A stretch of 64,000 nt of DNA from Elusimicrobiota bacterium (GCA_037137395.1 JBAXKK010000001.1:1-64000); one strand, 5' to 3'; positions 48,365-58,252 are shown, numbered from the stretch's first letter. Notes: generated by a model from the letters alone, not told the origin. Made by a program: numbers and translations.

Positions 48365-49183
48365 GTGAAAAAAGATCTCTTAGCTGAACTTCGGCGGCAG
48401 GCCTCGCGGGTCAGGCGGGAAACATTACGCCTGCATAAACTGGCGCCTGAAACCCGCGTCGCGTCCTCTCTTTCTGACGTCGAGGTGTTTGTGGCCCTGT
48501 ACTACGGCGGCCTCCTTAAATTTAATCCATCAAATTTCCGGGACGAAGGCCGGGACCGCATGATAGTCAGCAAGGGGCATGGTGGCATATCGCTGTATCC
48601 CATATTGGCCGATTTGGGTTTTTTTGACAAGGCGGAATTGGGCAGAATCGGAAAACACGGTTCGCTCCTCGGCGGCATCCCTGACGACATCCCGGGCTTT
48701 GAGACAATAAATGGCTCGCTCGGTCACGGCCTGGGAGTTGGCTGCGGGATGGCGCTAGCGCTTAAACACAAGGGCTCCGCGGCTAATGTGGTCGTGCTTG
48801 TCGGTGACGGCGAATTGTTTGAAGGCGCCGTTTGGGAGGCGGTCATGTTCGCCGGGCATCACCGGCTGGACAATGTGACGCTAATAGTTGATAGAAATAA
48901 AATTTCTATGCTGGGGCTGACCAGAGAAATATTGGATTTAAGCCCGTTAGCTGTCAAGTTCCGGTCTTTTGGTTGGGCGGACAGCGTCGCTGATGGCCAT
49001 GACATTGGAACCATATACGGGGCTCTTGCCAGGATTATCCCTGCCCGCGGCGGTAAGCCGAAGGTTTTAATCGCGGAAACGGTTAAGGGTAAAGGCGTGC
49101 CCTTGCTCGAAGAGGACACGCTTTGTCATATTCGCACGCTTACTCCAAATCAAGTGGACGCGTTGATGGAGAAACATAAATGA
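48365..49183 (+). CDS. Transketolase-like N-terminal (ThDP-binding) subunit
   Basis: SKGH, GSLGHGL, GDGE..EG..WE...DRN, TVKGKG. Confidence 0.88.
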   Translation: MKKDLLAELRRQASRVRRETLRLHKLAPETRVASSLSDVEVFVALYYGGLLKFNPSNFRDEGRDRMIVSKGHGGISLYPILADLGFFDKAELGRIGKHGSLLGGIPDDIPGFETINGSLGHGLGVGCGMALALKHKGSAANVVVLVGDGELFEGAVWEAVMFAGHHRLDNVTLIVDRNKISMLGLTREILDLSPLAVKFRSFGWADSVADGHDIGTIYGALARIIPARGGKPKVLIAETVKGKGVPLLEEDTLCHIRTLTPNQVDALMEKHK

Positions 49184-50154
49184 CCGCTACAAGCACGGAA
49201 AAAAAATCCATGCGCGATGTTTTTATCGGTAGCGTTCTTAAAGCTATGGCGTCCAGGCCCGACCTTTATTTCCTCTCTGCTGATTTCGGGGCTCCGCTGT
49301 TGGATGAGATTAGAACACGCTTTCCCCGCCAATTTATTAATGTCGGCATAGCAGAACAGAACCTCATTAATGTCTCCGCCGGAATGGCTTTTGAGGGTAT
49401 GACTGTTCACGCTTACGCCATTTCTTCATTCCTGGCAACCCGGGCGTTTGAACAAGTTAAGATAAACCTTTCTCTTCACTCTCAGATTCGGAAGTTTAAC
49501 GTTAACCTGGTGGGCGTCGGAGCGGGTTTGAGCTATGATATTTCCGGACCCACCCACCATTGCCTCGAGGACATATGTGTCGTGAATTCCCTGCCGGGAA
49601 TAACTTTATTTTCCCCCAGCGACTGGGTTCTTGTGGAAAAATTCCACGATTACGCTTTGAGGCATAAATGCCCCAAATACCTGCGTCTTGACAGCAAGCC
49701 GGTCTCGGCGCTGTACGACAAGCGCCGCGGGGTAAAAATAGCGGATTGTTTTTGCGAATTAGAGAAGGGCAAGGATGTCTGCATTGTTTCCACCGGCTTT
49801 ATGACGCATGTTGCCCTCGACGCTGTTAAGCTTGCCGCAAAAAAAGGTCTGCGGCCGGGACTGATAGATCTCTTTCTGCTGAAACCTCTGAGCGGGCGCG
49901 GCCTGGCCAAGGCGCTTTCCCGCTATAAAAAGGTTATAACTGTTGAGGAAGGTTTTGTCGGCAAGGGCGGCATGGATTCCATCGTGTCGAATCTTATTAA
50001 TGAATACTGCCCGGCCGTTAAAATGAAAGCCCTGGGTTTCAGGGATAGATACGTTTTTGAACGCGGAGACAGGGCGTATCTGCATAAACTTTACGGGATA
50101 GATGCCGGCAGTATCTCCGGGTTGGTTTCGCGCCTCGCGGGGGGCGGCAAATGA
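49180..50154 (+). CDS. Transketolase-like C-terminal subunit
   Basis: NVGIAEQN, GPTHH..ED, TVEE. Confidence 0.88.
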   Translation: MTATSTEKKSMRDVFIGSVLKAMASRPDLYFLSADFGAPLLDEIRTRFPRQFINVGIAEQNLINVSAGMAFEGMTVHAYAISSFLATRAFEQVKINLSLHSQIRKFNVNLVGVGAGLSYDISGPTHHCLEDICVVNSLPGITLFSPSDWVLVEKFHDYALRHKCPKYLRLDSKPVSALYDKRRGVKIADCFCELEKGKDVCIVSTGFMTHVALDAVKLAAKKGLRPGLIDLFLLKPLSGRGLAKALSRYKKVITVEEGFVGKGGMDSIVSNLINEYCPAVKMKALGFRDRYVFERGDRAYLHKLYGIDAGSISGLVSRLAGGGK

Positions 50155-51635
50155 ACGGACAGGCCGTGGATCTGCTTATAGTCAAACCTGGAAGCGGTAG
50201 AAAGCAATACGGAGCCTTCAGTTCTACGCTGTCCGCCGTAGAGCCGCCGCTGTGGGGAATAATGCTCGCGGCCTGCGCGCGGGAAAAGGGCTTTTCCGTG
50301 CGGGTTTTAGACGCCGAGGCCGAGAATATAACTCCGGAAGAAGCGGTTGAGATAATTGTTTCCCTTAAACCTGTCCTGTGCGGAATTATCGCGGCAGGAT
50401 CCAATCTTTCAGCCTCTACGCAGGCCATGCCTGGAGCCGGACAGTTGCTGGGTCTGCTAAAATCCATCGCTCCGGAAATTAAAACTTTTATTTGGGGCCT
50501 TCATCCTTCGGCTTTGCCGGAACGGACACTGGAAGAGGAAAAAGTGGATTTTCTAATTCAGGGGGAAGGGTTTTCCGAAGTTCCGGAACTTTTATCCCGG
50601 CTTAAATCAGACTCGGGTTGCTTAAAGTACGATATCTCTGGCATATGGTTTAAAGAGGGCGCTCAGGTTCGTTCAAATCCCAGGGCGGAACTTGAGGCAA
50701 ACCTTGATAAACTGCCGATGGCGGCATGGGACCTCCTGCCGATGTCTAAATACCGCGCGCACAACTGGCATTGCTTTGACGACCTTGATAAAAGATCTCC
50801 GTACGCCGTCATATACACAAGCCTCGGATGCCCGTATAATTGCCATTTTTGCGCCCTTAAGGCGCTGTTCGGGAAGCCGCAGGTTCGCTATCGGAGCCCG
50901 GAAAGCGTGATAGCTGAAATAGATGTGCTGGTTAATCATTACGGGGTGCGGAATATAAAAATCCTGGATGAATGCTTTGTGTTAAATGCGGCGCATGTCG
51001 GGAAGATCTGTGAGCTTATTATAGCGCGGAAATACGATCTGAATATCTGGGCCTATGCCAGGGTGGATACCGTAAATCCGGATTTGCTGTCTAAACTTAA
51101 ACAGGCCGGGGTTAATTGGCTTGCGCTAGGGATAGAATCCGGAAGCAAGAAAGTACGAGACAGTGAAAAACAGCGCAACTACGGACAGGAAAAAATATTT
51201 GAGGCTATTAATCAGATACATGGCGCAGGTATTCATGTGTGTGCCAACTTTATTTTCGGCCTTCCCGAAGATACAAATGAAACCATGGCGGAAACATTTG
51301 AAATGGCGTCGGAATTGAACTGCGAATACACCAATTTTTATGTGGCGATAGCGTACCCTGGCTCGGACCTTTATAATGAAGCTCTTGCGAACAATATCCC
51401 GCTGCCTGAAACATGGCTTGGCTACGCGCAGTTCAGCGAAGATACTTTGCCTTTGCCTACCCGGCACATTTCCAGTGCTGAGGTTCTGGCCTTCCGCGAT
51501 AAGGCTTTTTCGGACTATCACGGCAGCGTTAAATATCTTGAGATGATAAAGGATAAATTCGGCGGGAAAACGGTGGAGCATATAACGGAAATGCTAAAAC
51601 TGAAAATAAAGCGCAAGTACGGGGAGAAAGTATGA
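50151..51635 (+). CDS. B12-binding radical SAM protein (class B methyltransferase-like)
   Basis: EPPLW, G.HPS, GEG, CPYNCHFC, GIESG, FIFGLP. Confidence 0.9.
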   Translation: MNGQAVDLLIVKPGSGRKQYGAFSSTLSAVEPPLWGIMLAACAREKGFSVRVLDAEAENITPEEAVEIIVSLKPVLCGIIAAGSNLSASTQAMPGAGQLLGLLKSIAPEIKTFIWGLHPSALPERTLEEEKVDFLIQGEGFSEVPELLSRLKSDSGCLKYDISGIWFKEGAQVRSNPRAELEANLDKLPMAAWDLLPMSKYRAHNWHCFDDLDKRSPYAVIYTSLGCPYNCHFCALKALFGKPQVRYRSPESVIAEIDVLVNHYGVRNIKILDECFVLNAAHVGKICELIIARKYDLNIWAYARVDTVNPDLLSKLKQAGVNWLALGIESGSKKVRDSEKQRNYGQEKIFEAINQIHGAGIHVCANFIFGLPEDTNETMAETFEMASELNCEYTNFYVAIAYPGSDLYNEALANNIPLPETWLGYAQFSEDTLPLPTRHISSAEVLAFRDKAFSDYHGSVKYLEMIKDKFGGKTVEHITEMLKLKIKRKYGEKV

Positions 51636-52615
51636 TAATAAGCAAGACGCCGTATCGGATCTCGTTTTTCGGCGGAGGAACGGATTATCCCTGCTGGTAC
51701 AATGAGAATAAGGGACAGGTGCTTACCACATCCATTGATAAGTACTGTTATATTACCTGCCGGCCTTTGCCACCATTTTTCAAGCACAAACACCGGATAG
51801 TGTATTCAAAAATAGAAGATGTGCGGAGCATTTCAGAAATACAGCATCCTTCGGTCAGGGCCTGCATGCAGTTTATGCGCATAACAGAAGGTCTTGAAAT
51901 ACACCATGACGGCGATTTGCCGGCCCGCTCGGGGCTCGGTTCCAGTTCAGCTTTTACAGTGGGGCTTCTCAACGCGCTTTATGCCTTAAAAGGGAAAATT
52001 GTTTCTCCCGCACAGCTTGCCTCCGATGCTATACATGTGGAGCAGGAGCTGCTCAGAGAAAATGTGGGGTCTCAGGACCAGGTTATTGCCGCCCACGGGG
52101 GGTGCAATATCGTGACTTTTGGAGAAAAGAACCACCTCCAGGTCCGTCCGCTTACACTGTCCACTGCCCGGCTGGAAGAGCTTCAGAGTTGTCTGATGCT
52201 CTTTTACACCGGAATAGTTCGCACCGCCTCCGATATAGCCGGTGCGCAGATAAAAAAAACGCCAGCGCGCGGAAAAGAGCTTTCGGCGATGTACGATATG
52301 GTGGACCGTGCCGTGAAAATTATAGGCGGCAGGACGGATATTTCCGAATTCGGCAGGCTGATGAATGAGAACTGGAAGATAAAAAGAAGCCTTACTGATA
52401 AAATAACCAGCCCGGTTATAGACGAGGTATATTCTTCCGCGATGAAAAGCGGGGCTCTCGGCGGGAAAATTCTGGGCGCCGGTGGCGGCGGGTTCATGCT
52501 GCTTTTTGCCGAGCCTGGCGTGCAGCCTAAAATACGGGCGGCGCTTAAAAAACTACTGCATGTTCCGTTTAAATTTGATTATTCAGGCAGCTCGATAATA
52601 TTTTACCGGCCATGA
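51632..52615 (+). CDS. GHMP sugar-phosphate kinase (HddA-like)
   Basis: TPYRISFFGGGTD, PARSGLGSSS, GSQDQ, GAGGGG. Confidence 0.88.
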   Translation: MIISKTPYRISFFGGGTDYPCWYNENKGQVLTTSIDKYCYITCRPLPPFFKHKHRIVYSKIEDVRSISEIQHPSVRACMQFMRITEGLEIHHDGDLPARSGLGSSSAFTVGLLNALYALKGKIVSPAQLASDAIHVEQELLRENVGSQDQVIAAHGGCNIVTFGEKNHLQVRPLTLSTARLEELQSCLMLFYTGIVRTASDIAGAQIKKTPARGKELSAMYDMVDRAVKIIGGRTDISEFGRLMNENWKIKRSLTDKITSPVIDEVYSSAMKSGALGGKILGAGGGGFMLLFAEPGVQPKIRAALKKLLHVPFKFDYSGSSIIFYRP

Positions 52616-53322
52616 GCGACACTGTTATGGATGCTGTGGTTTTGTGCGGCGGAAAGGGAACCAGGCTTAAAAGCGTGGTTCCAGATTTGCCTAAGCCGAT
52701 GGCCGCGCTTAATGACAAACCTTTTATTCAGGTGCTGATGGAATACGCCGCCGCTTTCGGGGTTAAAAGATTTATCCTGGCGGCAGGGTACATGGGCGAT
52801 GTGATAGAGAAGTATTTTTCAGATAAGTCGCTTGGTTTTGAAGTAGTTGTTTGCCGCGAAACGGACCCGCTGGACACCGCCGGCGCCCTTAAGAACGCTT
52901 CCGGTTTGATACGGACCGACCAATTTCTGGTTATGAACGGTGACTCCATTTGCCGGATAGACCTGAGGGCTTTCATGGATTTTCATTTTTCAAGGAAGGG
53001 ACTGGCCTCGGTCGCTGTGGCCAAAGTTGCCGATGCCGGAAGTTCGGGCTCCGTAACAAAGGATGCCGGTGACAAAATATTATCTTTCAGGGAAAAGGCT
53101 GTAGCCGGGCCCGGTTATGTGAACGCCGGTATCTATATACTGGATAAGACAACGCTGGATACCGTTCCGCCGGGTGTCAGATATTCCATGGAGCGGGATC
53201 TTTTGCCGGCTTTGATAAACGGCGGAGAGGTGTACGGGTATGCTACCGAGAGCCGTCTTTTTGACATAGGCACGCCGGAAGGATATAGGCGCCTTCGCGA
53301 AGAGGGAGAAAAATTAAAATGA
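52612..53322 (+). CDS. Sugar-1-phosphate nucleotidyltransferase (HddC-like)
   Basis: GGKGTRL...PKP, NGDS, NAGIY, DIGTPE. Confidence 0.88.
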   Translation: MSDTVMDAVVLCGGKGTRLKSVVPDLPKPMAALNDKPFIQVLMEYAAAFGVKRFILAAGYMGDVIEKYFSDKSLGFEVVVCRETDPLDTAGALKNASGLIRTDQFLVMNGDSICRIDLRAFMDFHFSRKGLASVAVAKVADAGSSGSVTKDAGDKILSFREKAVAGPGYVNAGIYILDKTTLDTVPPGVRYSMERDLLPALINGGEVYGYATESRLFDIGTPEGYRRLREEGEKLK

Positions 53323-54527
53323 AAATACCATTCGGCACCATCGCCGTCACCAAAAAATCGCGCAGGTTTATAGACGAAGCTCTCGATACGCTCAAACTCT
53401 CCAGCGGCCGGATGGTGCGGGAGTTTGAGTCCGGTTTCGCCGGGCTTATAGGCGTAAAAGAGGCGGTCGCGGTAAGCACCGGAACCGACGCCGATATTCT
53501 GGCTTTGGCGGTGCTTCATGATTTCGGGGCCAAAAGGGGCGACGAGGTTATTATTCCAGCTCTTTCTTTTGTGGCCACCGGCAACGCCGTGCTGCACGCG
53601 GGTTTTAAGCCGGTTTTTGTAGATGTTGAGCGCCATACATTGAATATCAATCCTAAGAAGATAGAGAAGGCTATAACTGCCCGGACCAGGGCTATCATGC
53701 CTGTGCATCTCATGGGTAAACCGGCCGACATGGACGCCATAAACCGGATAGCTAAAAAACACGGCCTTTTTGTTGTCGAGGATGCCGCTGAAGCTCATGG
53801 CGCCGTGTATAAAGGCAGAAATGTGGGAAGCCTGGGTGACATGGCCGCTTACAGCCTTTACATAGCTCACATTATAACCACCATAGAGGGCGGAATTGTT
53901 ACAACCAATCGTCCGGACTTCGCGGAAGTGCTGCGCTCTTTGAGAAGTCATGGCCGCGCATGCAAATGCAAGGTTTGCGTAGTGAATACCTGTAACGCCT
54001 ATTGCGAAAAGAGATTTAAGTATGGTGAAGGCTCGGATATCAGGTTTGTTTTTGAGCGCATAGGATATTCCTGCAAGATGAACGAATTGGAGGCCGCGGT
54101 GGGATTGGGCAGTTTGGACACATATAAAAAAATAATCGACAAGCGCCGTAAGAACCTGCTGGCGATGATCGCTAAGTTCCAAAAATTCGGGCCCTGGCTT
54201 ACAACAATAAAAGAAGAGAAACACGAGCAGATAGGCCCGCACGCGTTTGCTGTTATTCTGGGAGAAAAAGCGCCCTTTTCAAGGAATGATCTCGGTATTT
54301 ATCTTGAAAAGAATGGAATAGAAACGCGGCATCTGTTCTCGTCCATGCCTACGCAGTGCCCCGGCTTCGCTTTTTTGAAGCATAAGCTTGGGGATTTCCC
54401 CGAAGCGGAATACATCGGAAATAATGGCCTGCACATCGGAGTGCATCAGGATTTGGGAATGAAGCATGTGAATTATTTTATCGGAAAAGTGGCGGAGTTC
54501 TTGGGCGAAAAAGGCGTAAAGCTGTAA
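53319..54527 (+). CDS. DegT-family PLP/PMP enzyme, E1(DdhC)/ColD-type dehydratase-like
   Basis: EDAAEAHG; SLYIAHII has His at the Schiff-base Lys position; Cys cluster GRACKC..C. Confidence 0.8.
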   Translation: MKIPFGTIAVTKKSRRFIDEALDTLKLSSGRMVREFESGFAGLIGVKEAVAVSTGTDADILALAVLHDFGAKRGDEVIIPALSFVATGNAVLHAGFKPVFVDVERHTLNINPKKIEKAITARTRAIMPVHLMGKPADMDAINRIAKKHGLFVVEDAAEAHGAVYKGRNVGSLGDMAAYSLYIAHIITTIEGGIVTTNRPDFAEVLRSLRSHGRACKCKVCVVNTCNAYCEKRFKYGEGSDIRFVFERIGYSCKMNELEAAVGLGSLDTYKKIIDKRRKNLLAMIAKFQKFGPWLTTIKEEKHEQIGPHAFAVILGEKAPFSRNDLGIYLEKNGIETRHLFSSMPTQCPGFAFLKHKLGDFPEAEYIGNNGLHIGVHQDLGMKHVNYFIGKVAEFLGEKGVKL

Positions 54528-54553
54528 AAGTGCGTCAAAAAAAGGAAGTTGCC

Positions 54554-55483
54554 TTATAGCGGTCTTGCTGATATGTTGTTTTTGCCGGTGACCGCGGAGC
54601 CGAAAATATATTTTAGCGAAAGGTTGAAGTATGGCGCCCCGCCTATATTAACCTTCTCATGGTTGTCGGCGTAAGTGGTCCCTCTGTAATAATTACCCTT
54701 GAAAAAATATCCCAGCGCGCCGGCCAGGCGCAAATCCTTACATAGCCGAAAAGACGGTTTAACTGCCGCGGTGTAGCGCTGGTAGTAGAACCGTTCGCTT
54801 TTGTCGGTGCGGCGCGCCAACAGGAACTGGTCCAGCTCGCCGCCGACCTCAAGGTCAGCGTGGAAATCCGGCCAGGCCTGATAGCGCAGGGATGCTTTCA
54901 GGTTTTTGACCGGGAAGTAGGTGAGGCTGAGCGAAGTTTTTTCTGAAAGTTTGAAGCGGTACAGGAAGGGGAAGATCATGAAAAAATCCCCGCTCTGGTA
55001 GCGGTAGATAATAAACGGGATAGGAATATTGCGCGCGAAGCTCCGCTGGGAGGAGTAATTAAGGCCGCCGAGCAGCGAGTGGCCCTTTTTTTCGCTCAGC
55101 GTGAAAGTGTAGGTGAAGTCAAAGTTTATCGTGTCCAAACCATAGAAGGGGATGTCGGAGTTGGAATCAAAACCCATTTTAAAGCTCCGGCCCCCGTTTT
55201 CCGCCATGATTTCCGCGCCGCCCTTATAGAGTTCGCCGGGGGCGGAGAGTGTGTCCGTAACCGACAGGCGCGAGAAGTTGGCCGCGGACCTGAAGGTGTA
55301 ATTCCCGGCTTTGCCCAGAGGCAGTTCCAGCTTGGAGAAAACCTCGCTGGTCCGGAACCCGGCAGGTTCGCTCAGCTGGAACCCTGATTCTACCGAAGGA
55401 CCGGTTGCGAGGGGCGGTCTTTGGGCCTGCGCGGCGGGCGTAAGGAGGACTGACAGCAGACATGGCAGGAAAAGATATTTCAT
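54554..55483 (-). CDS. Putative outer-membrane beta-barrel protein
   Basis: Signal peptide, alternating aromatic strands, PIPFIIY. Confidence 0.6.
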   Translation of the reverse strand: MKYLFLPCLLSVLLTPAAQAQRPPLATGPSVESGFQLSEPAGFRTSEVFSKLELPLGKAGNYTFRSAANFSRLSVTDTLSAPGELYKGGAEIMAENGGRSFKMGFDSNSDIPFYGLDTINFDFTYTFTLSEKKGHSLLGGLNYSSQRSFARNIPIPFIIYRYQSGDFFMIFPFLYRFKLSEKTSLSLTYFPVKNLKASLRYQAWPDFHADLEVGGELDQFLLARRTDKSERFYYQRYTAAVKPSFRLCKDLRLAGALGYFFKGNYYRGTTYADNHEKVNIGGAPYFNLSLKYIFGSAVTGKNNISARPL

Positions 55484-56238
55484 TTATTTGATTTAAGAAC
55501 CAGCAGAGTCTCAATGCCGTCCCGTGCGATAAGATACAGGCTCCAGAATATAATCGCGGAGCCGGTCAGGAATATGGCTTTAGCCGTGGCTGGAGTATGG
55601 GCTATAAGGTGCGTTACCGTGAGCAGGTAAGTCCAATCGTGCTCTCCGCCGCCGACCAGCGGTAGGGCTTGGTTTATCGCGTCGCCAGCGTAAATGCTGA
55701 TATTTAACAGGCTTTCACCGAACCAAAATACGCAGAGCTGCCAGCCGGTACGGTTATCCTGACGCCATAGATGGACCGCGCAAACCGCGGGTATTATCAG
55801 TTGGAATATGGTTCCGCCCAGCATCATGATGAAGCGGCCGAAGAATCCCAGGAACAGATGTCCTGCTTCATGGAAAGCCAGGTTTATGAAATCCAGAAAT
55901 GAAAAATAGTTCTCTTTTCTTATCCATTGAAGATAAAAAATGAACAGTCCGGCGACCAGCGCGAAACGGCCCCAGGATGCTAAGCATGAAGGACTTAAGA
56001 TTCCGGATTCAAGATTGCGGATTGGGTGAGATTCCTTTTCAGTCTTGAATCCTTGATCTGGAATCTTAATTCCCGCATCTTGAATCTTGGATCCTGAATC
56101 TTGGCTCTCAAATCTTGAATCTTCAATCTTGGTTCTTAAATTTTTATAGCAGGCCCAGCAGAACTCACTTTCCTGGAAATTTGCTTCGCCGCAATAAGGG
56201 CATTTTGGTTTTTCAACCCGGGCCGCTGTATCTGTCAT
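55480..56238 (-). CDS. Zinc-ribbon + M50-like membrane metalloprotease-family protein
   Basis: CPYC..CWAC, HEAGH in TM, GGGEHDW; heptamer-derived linker. Confidence 0.7.
   Translation of the reverse strand: MTDTAARVEKPKCPYCGEANFQESEFCWACYKNLRTKIEDSRFESQDSGSKIQDAGIKIPDQGFKTEKESHPIRNLESGILSPSCLASWGRFALVAGLFIFYLQWIRKENYFSFLDFINLAFHEAGHLFLGFFGRFIMMLGGTIFQLIIPAVCAVHLWRQDNRTGWQLCVFWFGESLLNISIYAGDAINQALPLVGGGEHDWTYLLTVTHLIAHTPATAKAIFLTGSAIIFWSLYLIARDGIETLLVLKSNK
56000..56135. repeat. Inverted heptamer array (GATTCAA/TCTTGAA) inside a CDS
   Basis: gattccg gattcaa gattgcg ... tcttgaa tcttgga tcctgaa tcttggc tctcaaa tcttgaa tcttcaa. Confidence 0.8.
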
Positions 56239-56376
56239 ATGTAAATTATATAAAAGCCGCGGCGTAAAATATTGAAGCTCAAGCCGGAATATAATGATAT
56301 GGATCTGCCATCGTCGGGGGAATGGTTATAAGCAGAGAAGGCTTGTGCGTGAAGGCTTCGGGGACAGAGCGCGGGG

Positions 56377-57336
56377 TCAGACCTTTACGGACTGAATAAG
56401 CGCCCCGGAAACCGTTAAATCATCTTCAGACAAATGCCTGAATTTGCGCGACAGTTGCCCGGTCTTAAGGCGGGACGCGGATAGAACTTTTTGCACCGAT
56501 ATGATTTTGAAGCCAGCTTCTTTTTGAAGGGCGATATGCGCTGATAGTGGCTCACGATTTATTAAATATGGTTTTCTGCCTTTTATCAATTTCCACATAA
56601 GGGCGGAATATCCCCAATGGCCGTTCCAGTCAGCTGCGGTGCCGTGGCTGCGGAAATCTATCTGGTGCGACATAAAGCCGCCAGGCTTAAGCCATTTGTA
56701 AAGATTGCCATAGATTTCGCCAAGGGGCTCCGCATGCTCCATCACGGCCTGCGTGTATATCATGTCAACCGCTGACAGCTTTATGTTGCCCGCGTCATTC
56801 CAGGGCGCGAAGTAGTGTATCTGCCGGGTTTGAGACAGGTGTTCCTGGCCCAGGCTGATAAGGTCTGCACGCAGTTGCGCGATGCGCTCCGGGGCCAGCG
56901 CTTTTTTGAGAAGTTCTTCTGAAAGTATATGCCTGGGGAAAGCGTAGGATTTTAATATTGGTTTTATCTGGGGGAATTCATTCTCGTCCGGTATGGGCGC
57001 CCTAGCCTGGAAGAGGCCGACAAGCTCGTCAAAAGTTTCAAGATTACGGTTATCGCGGCAGTATCTGACGATATCCAATCCGTAGTACGTATAAGCTCCT
57101 GAAATAAGCCCTGCAAGCCCTGTCCCCAGCGAGTTTCCAGGCCCCAGTTCTGCAATAGTTTGCGGAAAAACAGGAATTAGTCCGCTTTCATGAGCGGCCA
57201 GCAGATGCCGCAGCCAGACGCTATAGCAATACCTCGCGTTCGCGTAAGATATGTTTTTTTTCGCCAGCAGATAATGCGCGATCTGCGAGCCCGGCAGCAG
57301 GCTTAAAATCCCGGTAATCAAAGGTCGTATGAGCAT
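56377..57336 (-). CDS. Class I SAM-dependent methyltransferase-like protein
   Basis: ELGPG, QAVMEH, LKPGG, H.IDF..H. Confidence 0.8.
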   Translation of the reverse strand: MLIRPLITGILSLLPGSQIAHYLLAKKNISYANARYCYSVWLRHLLAAHESGLIPVFPQTIAELGPGNSLGTGLAGLISGAYTYYGLDIVRYCRDNRNLETFDELVGLFQARAPIPDENEFPQIKPILKSYAFPRHILSEELLKKALAPERIAQLRADLISLGQEHLSQTRQIHYFAPWNDAGNIKLSAVDMIYTQAVMEHAEPLGEIYGNLYKWLKPGGFMSHQIDFRSHGTAADWNGHWGYSALMWKLIKGRKPYLINREPLSAHIALQKEAGFKIISVQKVLSASRLKTGQLSRKFRHLSEDDLTVSGALIQSVKV

Positions 57337-57459
57337 AAATGGGTCTATTGTCCGCTCCGTCTATACAAGTATGATTATATAAAAGTTGCGGTGTAAATAT
57401 CAGTTACAGGTTTACCCGAGGTTATTCAAAACTTGGTTAAGATTTTGTAACATTCAACT

Positions 57460-58212
57460 ATGCCTGATAGAAATCCCGGAACGATCAAGTTTAAAAAAAT
57501 GATAAACAGGCAGCGGATATCTCCCCGCCTTTGGGACTATTCCTGCCCGGTTATGAAGTCGCATCTTTCTGCTTTCCTTTTTTTCAGGGACCTTGTGCTC
57601 AACGAGGGGCGGGCGCGGGTGCTTGATATTGGCTGCGGATTTAAACCCTGGCTGGAACTTTTTCCAAAGGGGCGGTTGGAATACGTGGGGATAGACTTTG
57701 ATCTTGAGCGCTCTGACGCTGATGTAGCCGGTTCTGCGGAAGCGCTGCCGTTTGGTGAAGGGGAATTTGACGCTGTTATCTGTTCTGAAGTGCTGGAACA
57801 TGTGGCTGATGTGCAAAAAGCCCTGGCCGAACTGAGAAGAGTCTCTAAGAACGGGGCGCTTGTTTATATAACTTCACCGTTCATGTTTCCGAATCACGGC
57901 GTCCCGCACGACTATCAGCGGTTTACCAGATATTTTTATCTCAGCGCTTTTTCCGCTGACGAAGTTCTTTGGCTAAAGGAAACAAATTCTTCAGCCGCCA
58001 CCATGTTTTTAATGCCTAATTTTTTTCTGGAAAGCTCGCCTTTCTGGGCCATGAAAGGGGTTAAATCCATTTGCTATGCTTTAATGAATTCTCTGGCGTG
58101 GCTGGCCGATAGGGCGACTGAAGCGGCGATCCGGCTGCTGGGTTCGAGATTTAGAGAGTCTTTCTATCGTATGCCGGCGGGATATTCCCTGGTGATCAGA
58201 TTGAAAAAATAG
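57460..58212 (+). CDS. Class I SAM-dependent methyltransferase (type 11)
   Basis: VLDIGCG..P, LPF....FD, EVLEH, H..PHDY.RFT. Confidence 0.88.
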   Translation: MPDRNPGTIKFKKMINRQRISPRLWDYSCPVMKSHLSAFLFFRDLVLNEGRARVLDIGCGFKPWLELFPKGRLEYVGIDFDLERSDADVAGSAEALPFGEGEFDAVICSEVLEHVADVQKALAELRRVSKNGALVYITSPFMFPNHGVPHDYQRFTRYFYLSAFSADEVLWLKETNSSAATMFLMPNFFLESSPFWAMKGVKSICYALMNSLAWLADRATEAAIRLLGSRFRESFYRMPAGYSLVIRLKK

Positions 58213-58252
58213 CATTTTCACGGAACTGCCATTTCCCCCTGTTTTTTTGGCG

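Noticed and set aside
53133..54242. Long antisense ORFs (also 61179-62225, 36126-37181, 21040-21945, 14644-15375, 6390-7169)
   Set aside because: They lie opposite well-supported genes and lack motifs; expected shadows of codon bias.
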